64,000 nt of DNA from contig JAFVHP010000029.1 in the NCBI GenBank assembly GCA_017474455.1, forward strand, positions 16,942 through 80,941. The letters are read 5' to 3'. Shown one piece after another: positions 49,553-58,978 of this stretch. Under the pieces are notes generated by a model. It was not told where the DNA came from and made no database searches. It saw only the letters and a program-made list of their open reading frames with translations. This DNA is from Lachnospiraceae bacterium. GTDB taxonomy: Bacteria; Bacillota; Clostridia; Lachnospirales; Lachnospiraceae. A program made the translations under genes and the position numbers. Numbering within the stretch: the stretch's first letter is position 1; the number at the start of each line of letters is the position of its first letter.

Positions 49553-49781
49553 CAGGGAAACTCCTTGAATAGACTCTATACCACTGATATCTGATTAAAT
49601 ACTTGAGGTTTTAAAATTATATTGTATATACCGAAATAAATCAAGAATATCAGATATGACACCTTTATATTCAAGTAAATCTGTGATACCATTTAGAATT
49701 AAAGAAAATCGCGAATGAATAACGATCTGGAATCGTCAAAAAAGCAGTAACCGGATTCACTTGCGGAGTAGGGAGGAAAAA

Positions 49782-49994
49782 ATGACGGTATCGGAAACGA
49801 TCAGAGAGATATTGTCGCAGGAAGGAAGGACCCAGATCTGGGTAGTGGATAAAATGAATGAAATAATGCCGGAGCTCGGGATGGACAGAAGCAGGTTCAG
49901 CGGGATAGTTACCGGCCACAGAAATATGACGGCGGATGAACTTCTGGCTTTCTGCAAGGCCCTGGAGATCAGTCCGGATGTTTTCCTTAACTGA
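49782..49994 (+). CDS. Small Cro-like HTH protein
   Basis: 70 aa, RBS GGGAGG, HTH-like SRFSGIVTGHRNMTADELLAFCKALEIS. Divergent from the XRE gene. Confidence 0.78.
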   Translation: MTVSETIREILSQEGRTQIWVVDKMNEIMPELGMDRSRFSGIVTGHRNMTADELLAFCKALEISPDVFLN

Positions 49995-50007
49995 ATCAAT
50001 AATAAGG

Positions 50008-50041
50008 AGGCGCTGCAGTATACACTGCAGCGCCTTTTTTC
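50008..50041 (+). terminator. Intrinsic terminator between convergent genes
   Basis: AGGCGCTGCAGT-atac-ACTGCAGCGCCT followed by a T-run. Confidence 0.85.
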
Positions 50042-50077
50042 ATTTATTGCAATTAATTAAGTGCAGCGTCCTCAGAA

Positions 50078-51457
50078 TCAGGCCGCGGCTTCTTCTGTCG
50101 TGTCCCTGGTCAGGTTCTTCATCCAGTTGAAACTGTTGATCTTGAAGAACGCGACGATGCATTTTAAGAGTTCATCGCAGCGGAGGCACATGTAAACGAC
50201 GGCGGGCGCGGCGTTCAGCCGGTACCGGGCAAACAGTGTGAGCGGCATGACGACAAGGAAAACAAAGATCGTATCGTTCTTGAAGACAAATGCCGTATCC
50301 CCTCCGGATTTGACCAGCCCTGCGAGGCCCATGCCCTGGTAAGTCTGGCCGATCACGATGATCGAATAGAGTATTGCGAACTGGTGCGCATACATGACGG
50401 CATCACTGCTGACATTGTACAGAGATATAAACGGATCTGCGATCAGGAGAACCAGGCCGCCGGATAGGATCCCGATAACGAGGAAGAGGATCTGTATGGT
50501 CCGGGCATATACTTTCATTTTATCGAATTCGCCTGCGCCGATGGTCTTGCCGGTGATGATGCCGGCGGCGCTGGAAAGGCCGACCGTCCACATGAATACC
50601 ATATTCTGCATCTGACCGACGATACTGGTCGCGGTAATGACGCCGGCATTGTCAAAGCTGCCGAGTATCCTGGTATTGAACAGCAGGTTGCAGGCCCAGA
50701 CGACCTGGCCGCCGATGACCGGCAGGCCGTAGCGGATGAAATCCTTCATCAGGGTGCGGTCGATATGCAGGAAATCAGACATCCTGAAGTTCAGTTTTTT
50801 ATCCGCGAACAGGATATACAATGTCGCCAGAAGAGCCTCCGATACACGTGAGATCAGGGTGGCGATGGCCGCGCCGCGGATGCCCATTGCGGGGAAGCCG
50901 AGTTTGCCGAAGATCAGTATATAGTTCAATGAAACATTGATCACCAGTGCAGCCATGGATATATACAGGCCGGTACGTGCCGTTTCAACGCTGCGCATGG
51001 CGGCGATCATGATCTGGGAGACTGCATAGGCGATAAAAGTCACGGCGATGATCCGCAGATAAATGCTGCCGTCACGTATCGTGGTCTCATCTTTGGTGAA
51101 GAACCGTATGAAGTTTTCCGGAAACAGGAGAGATACGATCGTCAGAAGAAGTGAAAATCCGACGCCGAACCGGACTGCGATCGAGATCAGGGAACGGATC
51201 GGTGCTGTGTCCTTCTTGCCCCAGTACTGAGAGCCGAGTATCATTAAAGATGTTTCCAGCGCGAGAATGACAGACGTTTGAAGGGTCTGCATCTGGTTGC
51301 TGACGTATACGCCCGATACGGCACTGTCGCCGAGGGACCCGATCATGACATTGTCGGCAAATGTGATGCCGAAAGTGATGAGTCTCTGAAGCGAGATCGG
51401 GATCATCAGGAGAACAAGGGATCTGTAGAATTCTTTGTCACGGGTTATAAACTGCAT
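50078..51457 (-). CDS. MATE family efflux transporter
   Basis: IPISLQRLITFGITFADNVMIG, NVSLNYILIFGKLGFPAMGIRGAAIATLISR. Confidence 0.92.
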   Translation of the reverse strand: MQFITRDKEFYRSLVLLMIPISLQRLITFGITFADNVMIGSLGDSAVSGVYVSNQMQTLQTSVILALETSLMILGSQYWGKKDTAPIRSLISIAVRFGVGFSLLLTIVSLLFPENFIRFFTKDETTIRDGSIYLRIIAVTFIAYAVSQIMIAAMRSVETARTGLYISMAALVINVSLNYILIFGKLGFPAMGIRGAAIATLISRVSEALLATLYILFADKKLNFRMSDFLHIDRTLMKDFIRYGLPVIGGQVVWACNLLFNTRILGSFDNAGVITATSIVGQMQNMVFMWTVGLSSAAGIITGKTIGAGEFDKMKVYARTIQILFLVIGILSGGLVLLIADPFISLYNVSSDAVMYAHQFAILYSIIVIGQTYQGMGLAGLVKSGGDTAFVFKNDTIFVFLVVMPLTLFARYRLNAAPAVVYMCLRCDELLKCIVAFFKINSFNWMKNLTRDTTEEAAA

Positions 51458-51574
51458 ATCAGGTCCTTTCCGGCAGGTGTTTGCAGTACACTATTTTATA
51501 TTCTATTGCGGACTGAAATATGCGGCAACAACGGGCTGTATAAAACAGGCGCAGATCAAAAAGGTGAGAGCATT

Positions 51575-52495
51575 ATGATGTTTTATAAGATCAATGAAGT
51601 ACTTACACCGTGCGGGGCGGATGAAATAGAGGATTCCGGTACACAGTATGTCGCGGTGCTGACAGTCGATGAGTGGAAGGAAAAGAGCGAGAGCTTCAGT
51701 ATGCAGATGGACCTGGACCTGGAAATGGCCGACCACAGGGAGACCAAAGCCATCGTAAACTTTGATTCCCTTACAGGATCATTTTCGATTCCCGACAGGG
51801 AAGATATTTCCGGGATCAGGCATTCATTCTATTTTGCGCTGGACGAGAAGGGCATCGTCCTGATCGACAACACCGGCTATGCGGGAGAACTGGTCAGGCA
51901 GCTTCAGCAGACGAAGAAATGGAAGCATCCGGGTCTTGAACGTTTCATGTATGACCTTCTGGAAAAGATCATAGAAAAGGATCTGAATTACCTGGAGAAC
52001 CTGGAACATCGGCTGAATTATGCGGAAGAAAGGATAATCGATGAAAAGATCATCGATTATCCCCTCTGGCTGAACGATATCCGCGGGGATCTTCTGGATA
52101 TGAGGGTCCATTACGAACAGCTGATCGACCTCGGTCAGGAACTGGAGGAAAATGAAAACGGCTTTTTCCTGCAGGAGAACCTGCGCTTCTTCCGGCTGTT
52201 TACGGAGAGAGTGATCCGGCTCCAGGAATTTACTACGTCACTCAGGGAGTATGTCGTTCAGCTGAGGGACCTGATCCAGTCCCAGCTGGATGTCAGGCAG
52301 AACCGGATCATGACCCTGCTTACTGTTGTTGCCACTATTTTTATGCCGCTGACCCTGATCACCGGGTGGTACGGCATGAATTTTATCTATATGCCGGAAC
52401 TGGACGAGCGCCTGGCGTATCCGGTGATCATCCTTGTCTGCCTCGCGATCGTCGTTGTGAGCCTGATTTGGTTCAGACGCCGGAAATGGCTCTGA
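51575..52495 (+). CDS. corA: CorA family divalent cation transporter
   Basis: MTLLTVVATIFMPLTLITGWYGMNF..MPEL (GMN signature). Start at ATG 51575. Confidence 0.9.
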   Translation: MMFYKINEVLTPCGADEIEDSGTQYVAVLTVDEWKEKSESFSMQMDLDLEMADHRETKAIVNFDSLTGSFSIPDREDISGIRHSFYFALDEKGIVLIDNTGYAGELVRQLQQTKKWKHPGLERFMYDLLEKIIEKDLNYLENLEHRLNYAEERIIDEKIIDYPLWLNDIRGDLLDMRVHYEQLIDLGQELEENENGFFLQENLRFFRLFTERVIRLQEFTTSLREYVVQLRDLIQSQLDVRQNRIMTLLTVVATIFMPLTLITGWYGMNFIYMPELDERLAYPVIILVCLAIVVVSLIWFRRRKWL

Positions 52496-52516
52496 CAGGA
52501 ACTGCCCCTTTGGCTG

Positions 52517-54463
52517 TCAGATGTTCATTGCGGCAAAGTAGCCGCCAGTGACGGCTTCCCTGATCTGGGCCGGCTTTTTACAGTCGCCGATACTTTCAAA
52601 TTCAAAGCAGCTTTCCCTTAAGGCATCGGTCTCATCGCGCCTTGCGCGCATGCCGGCGGCATATATTATGGTATCCGCGTCCAGCTCATATGTACCGTCC
52701 GCATTCTCACAGGTCACCTTTCCCGGGGCGATCCCGGTACATCTGGTATCAGTCCTGATATCGATGCCGTATTTTTCGATCTCCACGTTCATGGCAAAGC
52801 CGTGCATGATATTGGAACCGGCGGCATAGCGGCTGCTCATTTCCAGAACGATGGGGGTTTTGCCCGCATGGGCAAACTCTATGGCGGCTTCTATGCCGGA
52901 AAGTCCGCCGCCTATGATCACGACTCTGTTCCCGACCGGCAGTCTGTGCATATATGTATCCAGGAGGCCCTGGGCATGTTCGATGCCGGGTATGGGAGGA
53001 ATGACCGGATCAGCGCCTATGGCTGCGATCAGGTGGTCCGGAGAGATCTCCCTGACCAGTTCAGGCGTTACCGTAACGCCGAGCCGCACCTCTATCGACC
53101 CGGACTCCATGACCTGGCGGACAAGATATTCCCTGTAGTCGTCCATGTCCTTTTTGAAACTGATATCTTTGCAGTAGCGGATCGTGCCGCCAAGTTCATT
53201 CTCTTTTTCGCAGAGGATAACGTGATGTCCTCTTTTCGCAGCAGTCAGGGCTGCCTGCATGCCGCCGGGACCGCCGCCGGCGATCAGAACGGTCTTTGGA
53301 GAAGTCGCGGGCAGGGGATAGAAGTGATCAAATGCCCTGCCGATCTCCGGATTGACGCTGCAGTACAGGGCGCCTGTTTCACAGGCTTCACCCAGACACC
53401 GCCAGCATCGGAGGCATGGGCGTATATCCCCGGTATTTCCGTGCCGCGCTTTTTCGGGCAGCAGGGGATCAGCGATGAGCGCACGGCCGATACTGACAAG
53501 GTCCGCCCTGCCGCGGGCAATGATGTCTTCCATCATAGCGGGATCGGAGATGGCGCCCACTGTAACGACAGGGGTCTTTACATGCGGTTTTATCATCGCC
53601 GCATATTTTACGTTTACACCGTGTTCCAGGAACATGGACGGATGCGTCACCATTTCGCTGGAATCAAAATTGTTGTTGCCGGCGGATACATGGATCAGGT
53701 CAACTTTCCGGTCCAGCAGCTTTGCGAACTCGATCGCGTCGTTGATGTCGATGCCGGGAAGACCGTCGGGCATCGCTTCATCACCGCTTAAGCGGACCTC
53801 TATGGGAAAACTGTTTCCGCAGTACTTCCTGATCCGGTCGATCACCATCAGTGTGATCCTTGCCCTGTTTTCGATGCTGCCGCCGAAGCGGTCTGTCCGG
53901 TGATTCCAGAATGGAGAAAGGAACTGGCCGAGGAACCAGCCGTGGCCGGCATGGATCATGACCATATCAAACCCGGCGTCCTTAGCGTTCCTGGCGGAAA
54001 TGCCGAAACCGTCCACGACTTCTTCGATCATCTCTTCCGTCATTTCCAGCACATGGCCGCCGTTATCCCTTTCATATGCCGAAGCGCTCCATGCGTCGTG
54101 GCCGGGGAAGGCTGCGCGGATCCCGTCATGGTTGAGTTCTATATTGGCATATGCGCCGTAACGGTGGATCTCATCCGTGATATCCAGAAGGTACGGGATG
54201 GAAGAACGCATATAGATGTTGACTTTGTTATCGTTGAATCCTTCCGTATTTCCTCCGGGATGTACGATCGAATCCCCTACCGTCACTACGGAAGCGCCGC
54301 CGCATGCCCGGAGCCTGTAGAACAGGCGGTCATTCAGGGAATGCTTATGTTCGGGAGTCGGTGAAAGGTCAAAGAGGGAAATTGGGGAAGCCATGATCCG
54401 GTTCTTCAGAGTAAGGCTCCCGATCCTGATGGGGGAAAAGAGGTTGGGATAATATTCGTTCAT
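52517..54463 (-). CDS. NADH:flavin oxidoreductase (Old Yellow Enzyme TIM barrel + Fe-S + FAD domain; BaiCD/FadH-like architecture)
   Basis: LFSPIRIG..LKNRI, HAGHGW..QFLSP..NHRTDRFGGS.ENRAR, CLRCWRC..CSVNP, IAGGGPGG, IIGGGLSG. RBS before ATG 54463. Confidence 0.92.
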   Translation of the reverse strand: MNEYYPNLFSPIRIGSLTLKNRIMASPISLFDLSPTPEHKHSLNDRLFYRLRACGGASVVTVGDSIVHPGGNTEGFNDNKVNIYMRSSIPYLLDITDEIHRYGAYANIELNHDGIRAAFPGHDAWSASAYERDNGGHVLEMTEEMIEEVVDGFGISARNAKDAGFDMVMIHAGHGWFLGQFLSPFWNHRTDRFGGSIENRARITLMVIDRIRKYCGNSFPIEVRLSGDEAMPDGLPGIDINDAIEFAKLLDRKVDLIHVSAGNNNFDSSEMVTHPSMFLEHGVNVKYAAMIKPHVKTPVVTVGAISDPAMMEDIIARGRADLVSIGRALIADPLLPEKARHGNTGDIRPCLRCWRCLGEACETGALYCSVNPEIGRAFDHFYPLPATSPKTVLIAGGGPGGMQAALTAAKRGHHVILCEKENELGGTIRYCKDISFKKDMDDYREYLVRQVMESGSIEVRLGVTVTPELVREISPDHLIAAIGADPVIPPIPGIEHAQGLLDTYMHRLPVGNRVVIIGGGLSGIEAAIEFAHAGKTPIVLEMSSRYAAGSNIMHGFAMNVEIEKYGIDIRTDTRCTGIAPGKVTCENADGTYELDADTIIYAAGMRARRDETDALRESCFEFESIGDCKKPAQIREAVTGGYFAAMNI

Positions 54464-54644
54464 AACATTCTCCTTCCTGGATGCTGTCATTCGCCGCATG
54501 TTGTTGTCATGATCCTATTATAAATGCTGAATACGGGAATTTCAGTACCCGGCAGGCTGCGGTCCGGTACGGATTCGACTGCCGGTTTATTGATTTTGTG
54601 AATCACCGGATTTAAAATGTCATTTAGCTTATTACAGGAAGGAG

Positions 54645-55835
54645 ATGATCAATATGATCAGAAAAAGAATTATGGCAGCATTGCTTGCCATGTCACTGAC
54701 AGCACTCGGCCTGGCTGCATGTGATTATTCCGCATTTACATCAGCTGCCCCTGCAGCCGGGGAAGCCGCGGAAGAAGCTGCGCAGGCTGAAGAAGATGTA
54801 CAGGAAGCTGCAGAAGCAGTAACCGAAGAGCCTGCCGAAGCTGCAGACGAAGCTGCTGCAGAAGCTGAAGCATCTGCGGAAGCGGAGCAGGAGGAAGCAG
54901 CAGCCGATAATACCGCTGCTGCGGAAAAGCTGCCTGTCCGCATTATAGCGTTGAAAGGCCCCACAGCCATGGGGATGGTCAAACTGATGGATGATGCGGC
55001 AGCGGGTATTTATGATGATGCCGATTATCAGTTCAGTATCGTCGGCGCCGTAGATGAAGTCCCTCCGGCCATCGTCAAGGGCGAGACCGATATCGCGGCT
55101 GTTCCCGCAAATCTGGCTTCAGTGCTCTATAACAATACGGAAGGTGCTGTGGAAGTCCTGGCTGTCAATACGCTCGGCATTCTTTACATCGTTGAGAACG
55201 GGGACAGTATTTCCTCCGTTGAAGATCTCAGGGGAAAAACGATCTACGCCAGCGGAAAAGGCGCGACGCCGGAATACGGACTGAATTATATCCTCAGCGG
55301 TCATGGTATCGATCCGGAAACAGATGTTACAATAGAATGGAAGAGCGAACATGCGGAATGCCTGGCCGCCATCCTCTCGGATGAAGGCGGGATCGCAATG
55401 CTTCCCCAGCCTTTCGTGACCACGGCCCAGATGCAGAACGAAGGCATCCGTACAGTACTTGACATGACGGCGGAATGGGACGCACTCCAGGAAGGCAAGG
55501 ACAATGCTTCTTCCATGGTGACAGGCGTTGTGATCGCAAGGCGCGCATTTGTGGAAGAGAATCCGGAAGCAGTTGCCGCGTTTATGGACCGTTATGCTGC
55601 ATCCGTCAGCTTTGTAAATGAAAATACCGATGAAGCGGCGGCGCTTGTAGGCGGTTTCGAAATAGTACCCGAACAGGTGGCAAAGAAAGCGCTTCCGGCT
55701 TGCAACATCGTCTTTATCGAAGGCGAAGAGCTGAAGCAGAAACTCGGCGGTTATCTTGAAGTCCTGGCAGAGCAGAATCCGCAGGCCGTAGGCGGAGCTC
55801 TTCCGGCAGAGGATTTCTATTACAGCAGACAGTGA
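54645..55835 (+). CDS. ABC transporter substrate-binding lipoprotein (NMT1/SsuA/TauA-like)
   Basis: Lipobox LAAC, A/E-rich linker, LKGPTAMG, DIAAVPANLAS, NTLGILY, GKGATPE. Confidence 0.88.
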   Translation: MINMIRKRIMAALLAMSLTALGLAACDYSAFTSAAPAAGEAAEEAAQAEEDVQEAAEAVTEEPAEAADEAAAEAEASAEAEQEEAAADNTAAAEKLPVRIIALKGPTAMGMVKLMDDAAAGIYDDADYQFSIVGAVDEVPPAIVKGETDIAAVPANLASVLYNNTEGAVEVLAVNTLGILYIVENGDSISSVEDLRGKTIYASGKGATPEYGLNYILSGHGIDPETDVTIEWKSEHAECLAAILSDEGGIAMLPQPFVTTAQMQNEGIRTVLDMTAEWDALQEGKDNASSMVTGVVIARRAFVEENPEAVAAFMDRYAASVSFVNENTDEAAALVGGFEIVPEQVAKKALPACNIVFIEGEELKQKLGGYLEVLAEQNPQAVGGALPAEDFYYSRQ

Positions 55836-55839
55836 CGAT

Positions 55840-56634
55840 ATGACAGAAGGACCAGATACAGCTTTACGTGACAGGAAAGAGAAAAAAGCAGCCGGCAGGC
55901 GGGGCATCCGCCTGTGGGCTGTTGCCGTATGGCTGATCGTATGGGAGATCGCCGCAAGGCTGATCCATCAGGAAATATTCCTGGTCTCTCCCGTCAAGGT
56001 CATCGTCCGGCTCTCGGAAATGGTCCGTGAAGCCAGGTTCTGGCAGTCCGTCCTGAATTCATCTCTCAGGATCACGCTGGGGTTCTTTCTCGGTCTTTTC
56101 TGCGGGATCGCGATGGCGGCGCTCGCTTCCAGATACCGGAGGCTGAAAGAACTGTTCGCGCCGTTCATACTGGTGATCAAGACCGTTCCGGTCGCCTCGT
56201 TTATTATCCTGGCCCTGATCTTTTTCTCGTCCAGGAACCTGGCCGTACTGATATCCTTTATGATGACGCTGCCTGTGATTTACACGAACCTGATGGAAGG
56301 CACTGCCGCGTCAGACGTAAAGCTGGCGGAAATGGCAAAGGTATTCAGGATGCCGAAACTGAGGGTGTTCCGATATATTACGCTGCCGCAGGTCTATCCG
56401 TACCTGGTATCCGCATGTTCCGTAGCCTGCGGTCTTGCGTGGAAGTCCGGGATCGCGGCGGAAGTCATCGGCATACCGGCCAGGTCGATCGGTGAAAGGC
56501 TGCAGCAGGCCAAGGTCTATCTGAATACGAAGGACCTGCTGGCCTGGACGCTGGTCATCGTTATCGTTTCCCTCGCGTTTGAAAAGATACTGCACCTGCT
56601 TCTGGTCCTGATCAGGAAACTCCTGATCGCCTGA
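55840..56634 (+). CDS. ABC transporter permease (NitT/TauT family)
   Basis: TVPVASFIIL, EMAKVFR, P.V.PY, AWKSGIAAEVI. Confidence 0.88.
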   Translation: MTEGPDTALRDRKEKKAAGRRGIRLWAVAVWLIVWEIAARLIHQEIFLVSPVKVIVRLSEMVREARFWQSVLNSSLRITLGFFLGLFCGIAMAALASRYRRLKELFAPFILVIKTVPVASFIILALIFFSSRNLAVLISFMMTLPVIYTNLMEGTAASDVKLAEMAKVFRMPKLRVFRYITLPQVYPYLVSACSVACGLAWKSGIAAEVIGIPARSIGERLQQAKVYLNTKDLLAWTLVIVIVSLAFEKILHLLLVLIRKLLIA

Positions 56635-56662
56635 AACGGATCACAGAATGTTAATAGTTTTG

Positions 56663-56689
56663 TTAGCACTCGTTAATAGCGAGTGCTAA
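56663..56689. promoter_or_regulatory. CIRCE element (HrcA operator)
   Basis: Exact consensus TTAGCACTC-N9-GAGTGCTAA upstream of htpG. Confidence 0.95.
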
Positions 56690-56696
56690 TTTTTTA

Positions 56697-56725
56697 TTGA
56701 CTTTTAAACAGGCAGGGACTACACT
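56697..56725 (+). promoter_or_regulatory. Sigma-A promoter of htpG
   Basis: TTGACT-N17-TACACT. Confidence 0.7.
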
Positions 56726-56758
56726 TTCCGGTAGGTATTGAGATAGGAGGCGAATCAT

Positions 56759-58846
56759 ATGCAGACTGAGAAAGGTTCATTATCGATCAATTCGGAAAAT
56801 ATGTTTCCGATCATTAAAAAATGGCTCTATTCAGACCATGATATTTTTATCAGGGAGCTCATATCCAACGGCTGCGATGCCATAACCAAACTTAAAAAAC
56901 TGGATATGATGGGTGAGTTTTCCCTTCCCGAAGGCTACAGCCCCCGGATCGACGTGATCTGTGACCCGGAAGAAAAAACGCTTCAGGTCATCGATAACGG
57001 TATCGGCATGAGCGCCGATGAAGTTAAGGAATATATTAACAATATTGCTTTTTCCGGTGCGGAGGCTTTTCTTGAAAAGTATCAGGGCAAAGCCAGCGCG
57101 GACCAGATCATCGGCCATTTCGGTCTTGGTTTTTATTCCGCCTTCATGGTGTCGGACCTTGTGGAAATAGACACCCTTTCTTACAGAGAAGGGGAAGCAC
57201 CTGTTCACTGGTCATGTGACGGTACTTCCGAATACATGATGGACGAAGGGACCAGAAAGCAGTTCGGTACGACCATAACGCTCCATCTGTCCGATGACTG
57301 CGTGGAGTTTTCCAACTATTACAGGATCAGTGAGGTCATCCGCAAATACTGCTCCTTCATGCCCTTCGAGATCTACCTTTCCGAGAAGGATACGAAACAG
57401 ACCCAGACGATCAGGGAGTCCGAAAGAAGGCCGGATGACGTCGTGATCGAGGAGATCGTCAGGGAAAACAAGTCAGAAGATGAAGGAAACGGACAGGCTC
57501 CTGAAAAAGAGTTTAAGATCCGCAGAAGGCCGGAACTTCTGAATGATACACACCCGCTGTGGGCGAAAACGCCGTCGGAATGCACAGATGACGAATACAA
57601 GGAGTTCTACAGGAAAGTTTTCAATGATTATAAGGAGCCGCTGTTCTGGATCCACCTGAACATGGATTATCCGTTTAACCTGAAAGGCATCCTGTACTTT
57701 CCGAAGATCAATATCGAGTACGAATCGGCGGAAGGCGTGATCAAACTCTATAATAACCAGGTATTCATTGCCGATAACATCAAGGAAGTCATCCCGGAGT
57801 TCCTGATGCTCCTAAAGGGCGTGATAGACTGCCCCGACCTGCCGCTCAACGTGTCCAGGTCAGCCCTGCAGAATGACGGCTTCGTAGCGAAGATCTCAGA
57901 TTATATCACTAAGAAAGTCGCCGACAAGCTGGCCGGCATGTGCAAAACGGACAGGGAAAACTACGAAAAATACTGGGAAGATATAGCACCCTTCATCAAG
58001 TACGGGTGCCTTCGTGACGATAAGTTCTGTACCAAGATGACGGATTATATCCTGTTCAAGGATCTGGACGGGAAATATCTGGCACTGCCGGACGCGCTAC
58101 TGGTGAACAGGACCGATACTGAGGATGAAGAAAACGCCGGTGCAGGGGAAGCTGCGGAGGATACGGCAGAAAACGGGACCGTGGAGCCTGTTGATGATAC
58201 GCAAAAGGAAGATGAGACTCCGGATGAACGGACGATTTATTATGTGACGGACCCCCAGCAGCAGAGTCAGTATATCAGGATGTTCCGTGCGGCCAAAAAG
58301 CAGGCGTTCATCCTGGACCGCAGTATAGACCAGCCGTTCATCTCCCAGCTGGAAGCGAAAAATGAAGGACTCCGCTTTGCCAGGATCGACGCCGACGTGC
58401 AGGACGCGTTCCGTTCCAGAGTGGGCAAAAAAGCAGCGGAAGAACTGAAAAAGGATGAAGATAAACTGACAGGGGTCTTCAAGAAGGCCATCAAAAATGA
58501 CAAACTGACGGTAAAACTCGATAAGCTTAAGGATAAAAAGATATCCTCTATCCTTACGGTCGATGAACAGAGCCGGCGCTTCAGGGATATGATGAAGATG
58601 TATGCGCAGGGAGATATGGCCGGTATGCTGGGTGATGGGCAGTCAGAAGGCATGACGCTCATCCTGAATGCGAATCATCCGCTGGTACAGTATATCCTGG
58701 AGAATGAAGACGCAGAGAATCAGAAGCTGATCTGTGAACAGCTCTATGACCTGGCCAGGGTCCAGAACGCTCCGCTTTCAGGGGATGAGATGACTGCGTT
58801 CATTAACCGCAGCAATGAGATCATGATGCTGATGACCGGAAAATAA
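56759..58846 (+). CDS. htpG: Molecular chaperone HtpG (Hsp90)
   Basis: FIRELISNGCDA, DNGIGM, IGHFGLGFYSAF, LYNNQVF, GVIDCPDLPLNVSRS.LQ. Confidence 0.96.
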   Translation: MQTEKGSLSINSENMFPIIKKWLYSDHDIFIRELISNGCDAITKLKKLDMMGEFSLPEGYSPRIDVICDPEEKTLQVIDNGIGMSADEVKEYINNIAFSGAEAFLEKYQGKASADQIIGHFGLGFYSAFMVSDLVEIDTLSYREGEAPVHWSCDGTSEYMMDEGTRKQFGTTITLHLSDDCVEFSNYYRISEVIRKYCSFMPFEIYLSEKDTKQTQTIRESERRPDDVVIEEIVRENKSEDEGNGQAPEKEFKIRRRPELLNDTHPLWAKTPSECTDDEYKEFYRKVFNDYKEPLFWIHLNMDYPFNLKGILYFPKINIEYESAEGVIKLYNNQVFIADNIKEVIPEFLMLLKGVIDCPDLPLNVSRSALQNDGFVAKISDYITKKVADKLAGMCKTDRENYEKYWEDIAPFIKYGCLRDDKFCTKMTDYILFKDLDGKYLALPDALLVNRTDTEDEENAGAGEAAEDTAENGTVEPVDDTQKEDETPDERTIYYVTDPQQQSQYIRMFRAAKKQAFILDRSIDQPFISQLEAKNEGLRFARIDADVQDAFRSRVGKKAAEELKKDEDKLTGVFKKAIKNDKLTVKLDKLKDKKISSILTVDEQSRRFRDMMKMYAQGDMAGMLGDGQSEGMTLILNANHPLVQYILENEDAENQKLICEQLYDLARVQNAPLSGDEMTAFINRSNEIMMLMTGK

Positions 58847-58881
58847 GGCCCTGAAAAAGGGTATGGCTGTAAAGAATATTG

Positions 58882-58921
58882 CAGGCGCGGATACAGGAAA
58901 CTGTATTGCGCCTGTTTTTTT
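58882..58921 (+). terminator. Intrinsic terminator after htpG, immediately followed by an extended -10 (TG-t-TATAAT)
   Basis: CAGGCGC.GATACAG-gaaa-CTGTAT.GCGCCTG followed by T7. Confidence 0.8.
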
Positions 58922-58978
58922 GTTATAATGACTACGGTCGTTTTTTTATGCAGAGAACCGATTGTGAGGGGTATATAA

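Noticed and set aside
49202-49994. Toxin-antitoxin pair or att-flanked element
   Set aside because: Both genes are HTH proteins in divergent orientation. The only flanking repeat (ACTGAA) is short and coincides with stop codons.
11279-51457. Three MATE transporters as a resistance island
   Set aside because: They are dispersed and divergent in sequence, and MATE expansion is ordinary in this lineage.
54464-54644. TPP or other riboswitch upstream of the NMT1-like binding protein
   Set aside because: Only a CCGGCAG/CTGCCGG stem is present, with no CTGAGA or other aptamer core; the region fits divergent promoters.
54760-54930. GAAGC[TA]GC-rich repeats in the binding-protein gene
   Set aside because: They encode a normal Ala/Glu-rich lipoprotein linker and do not form a DNA-level array.
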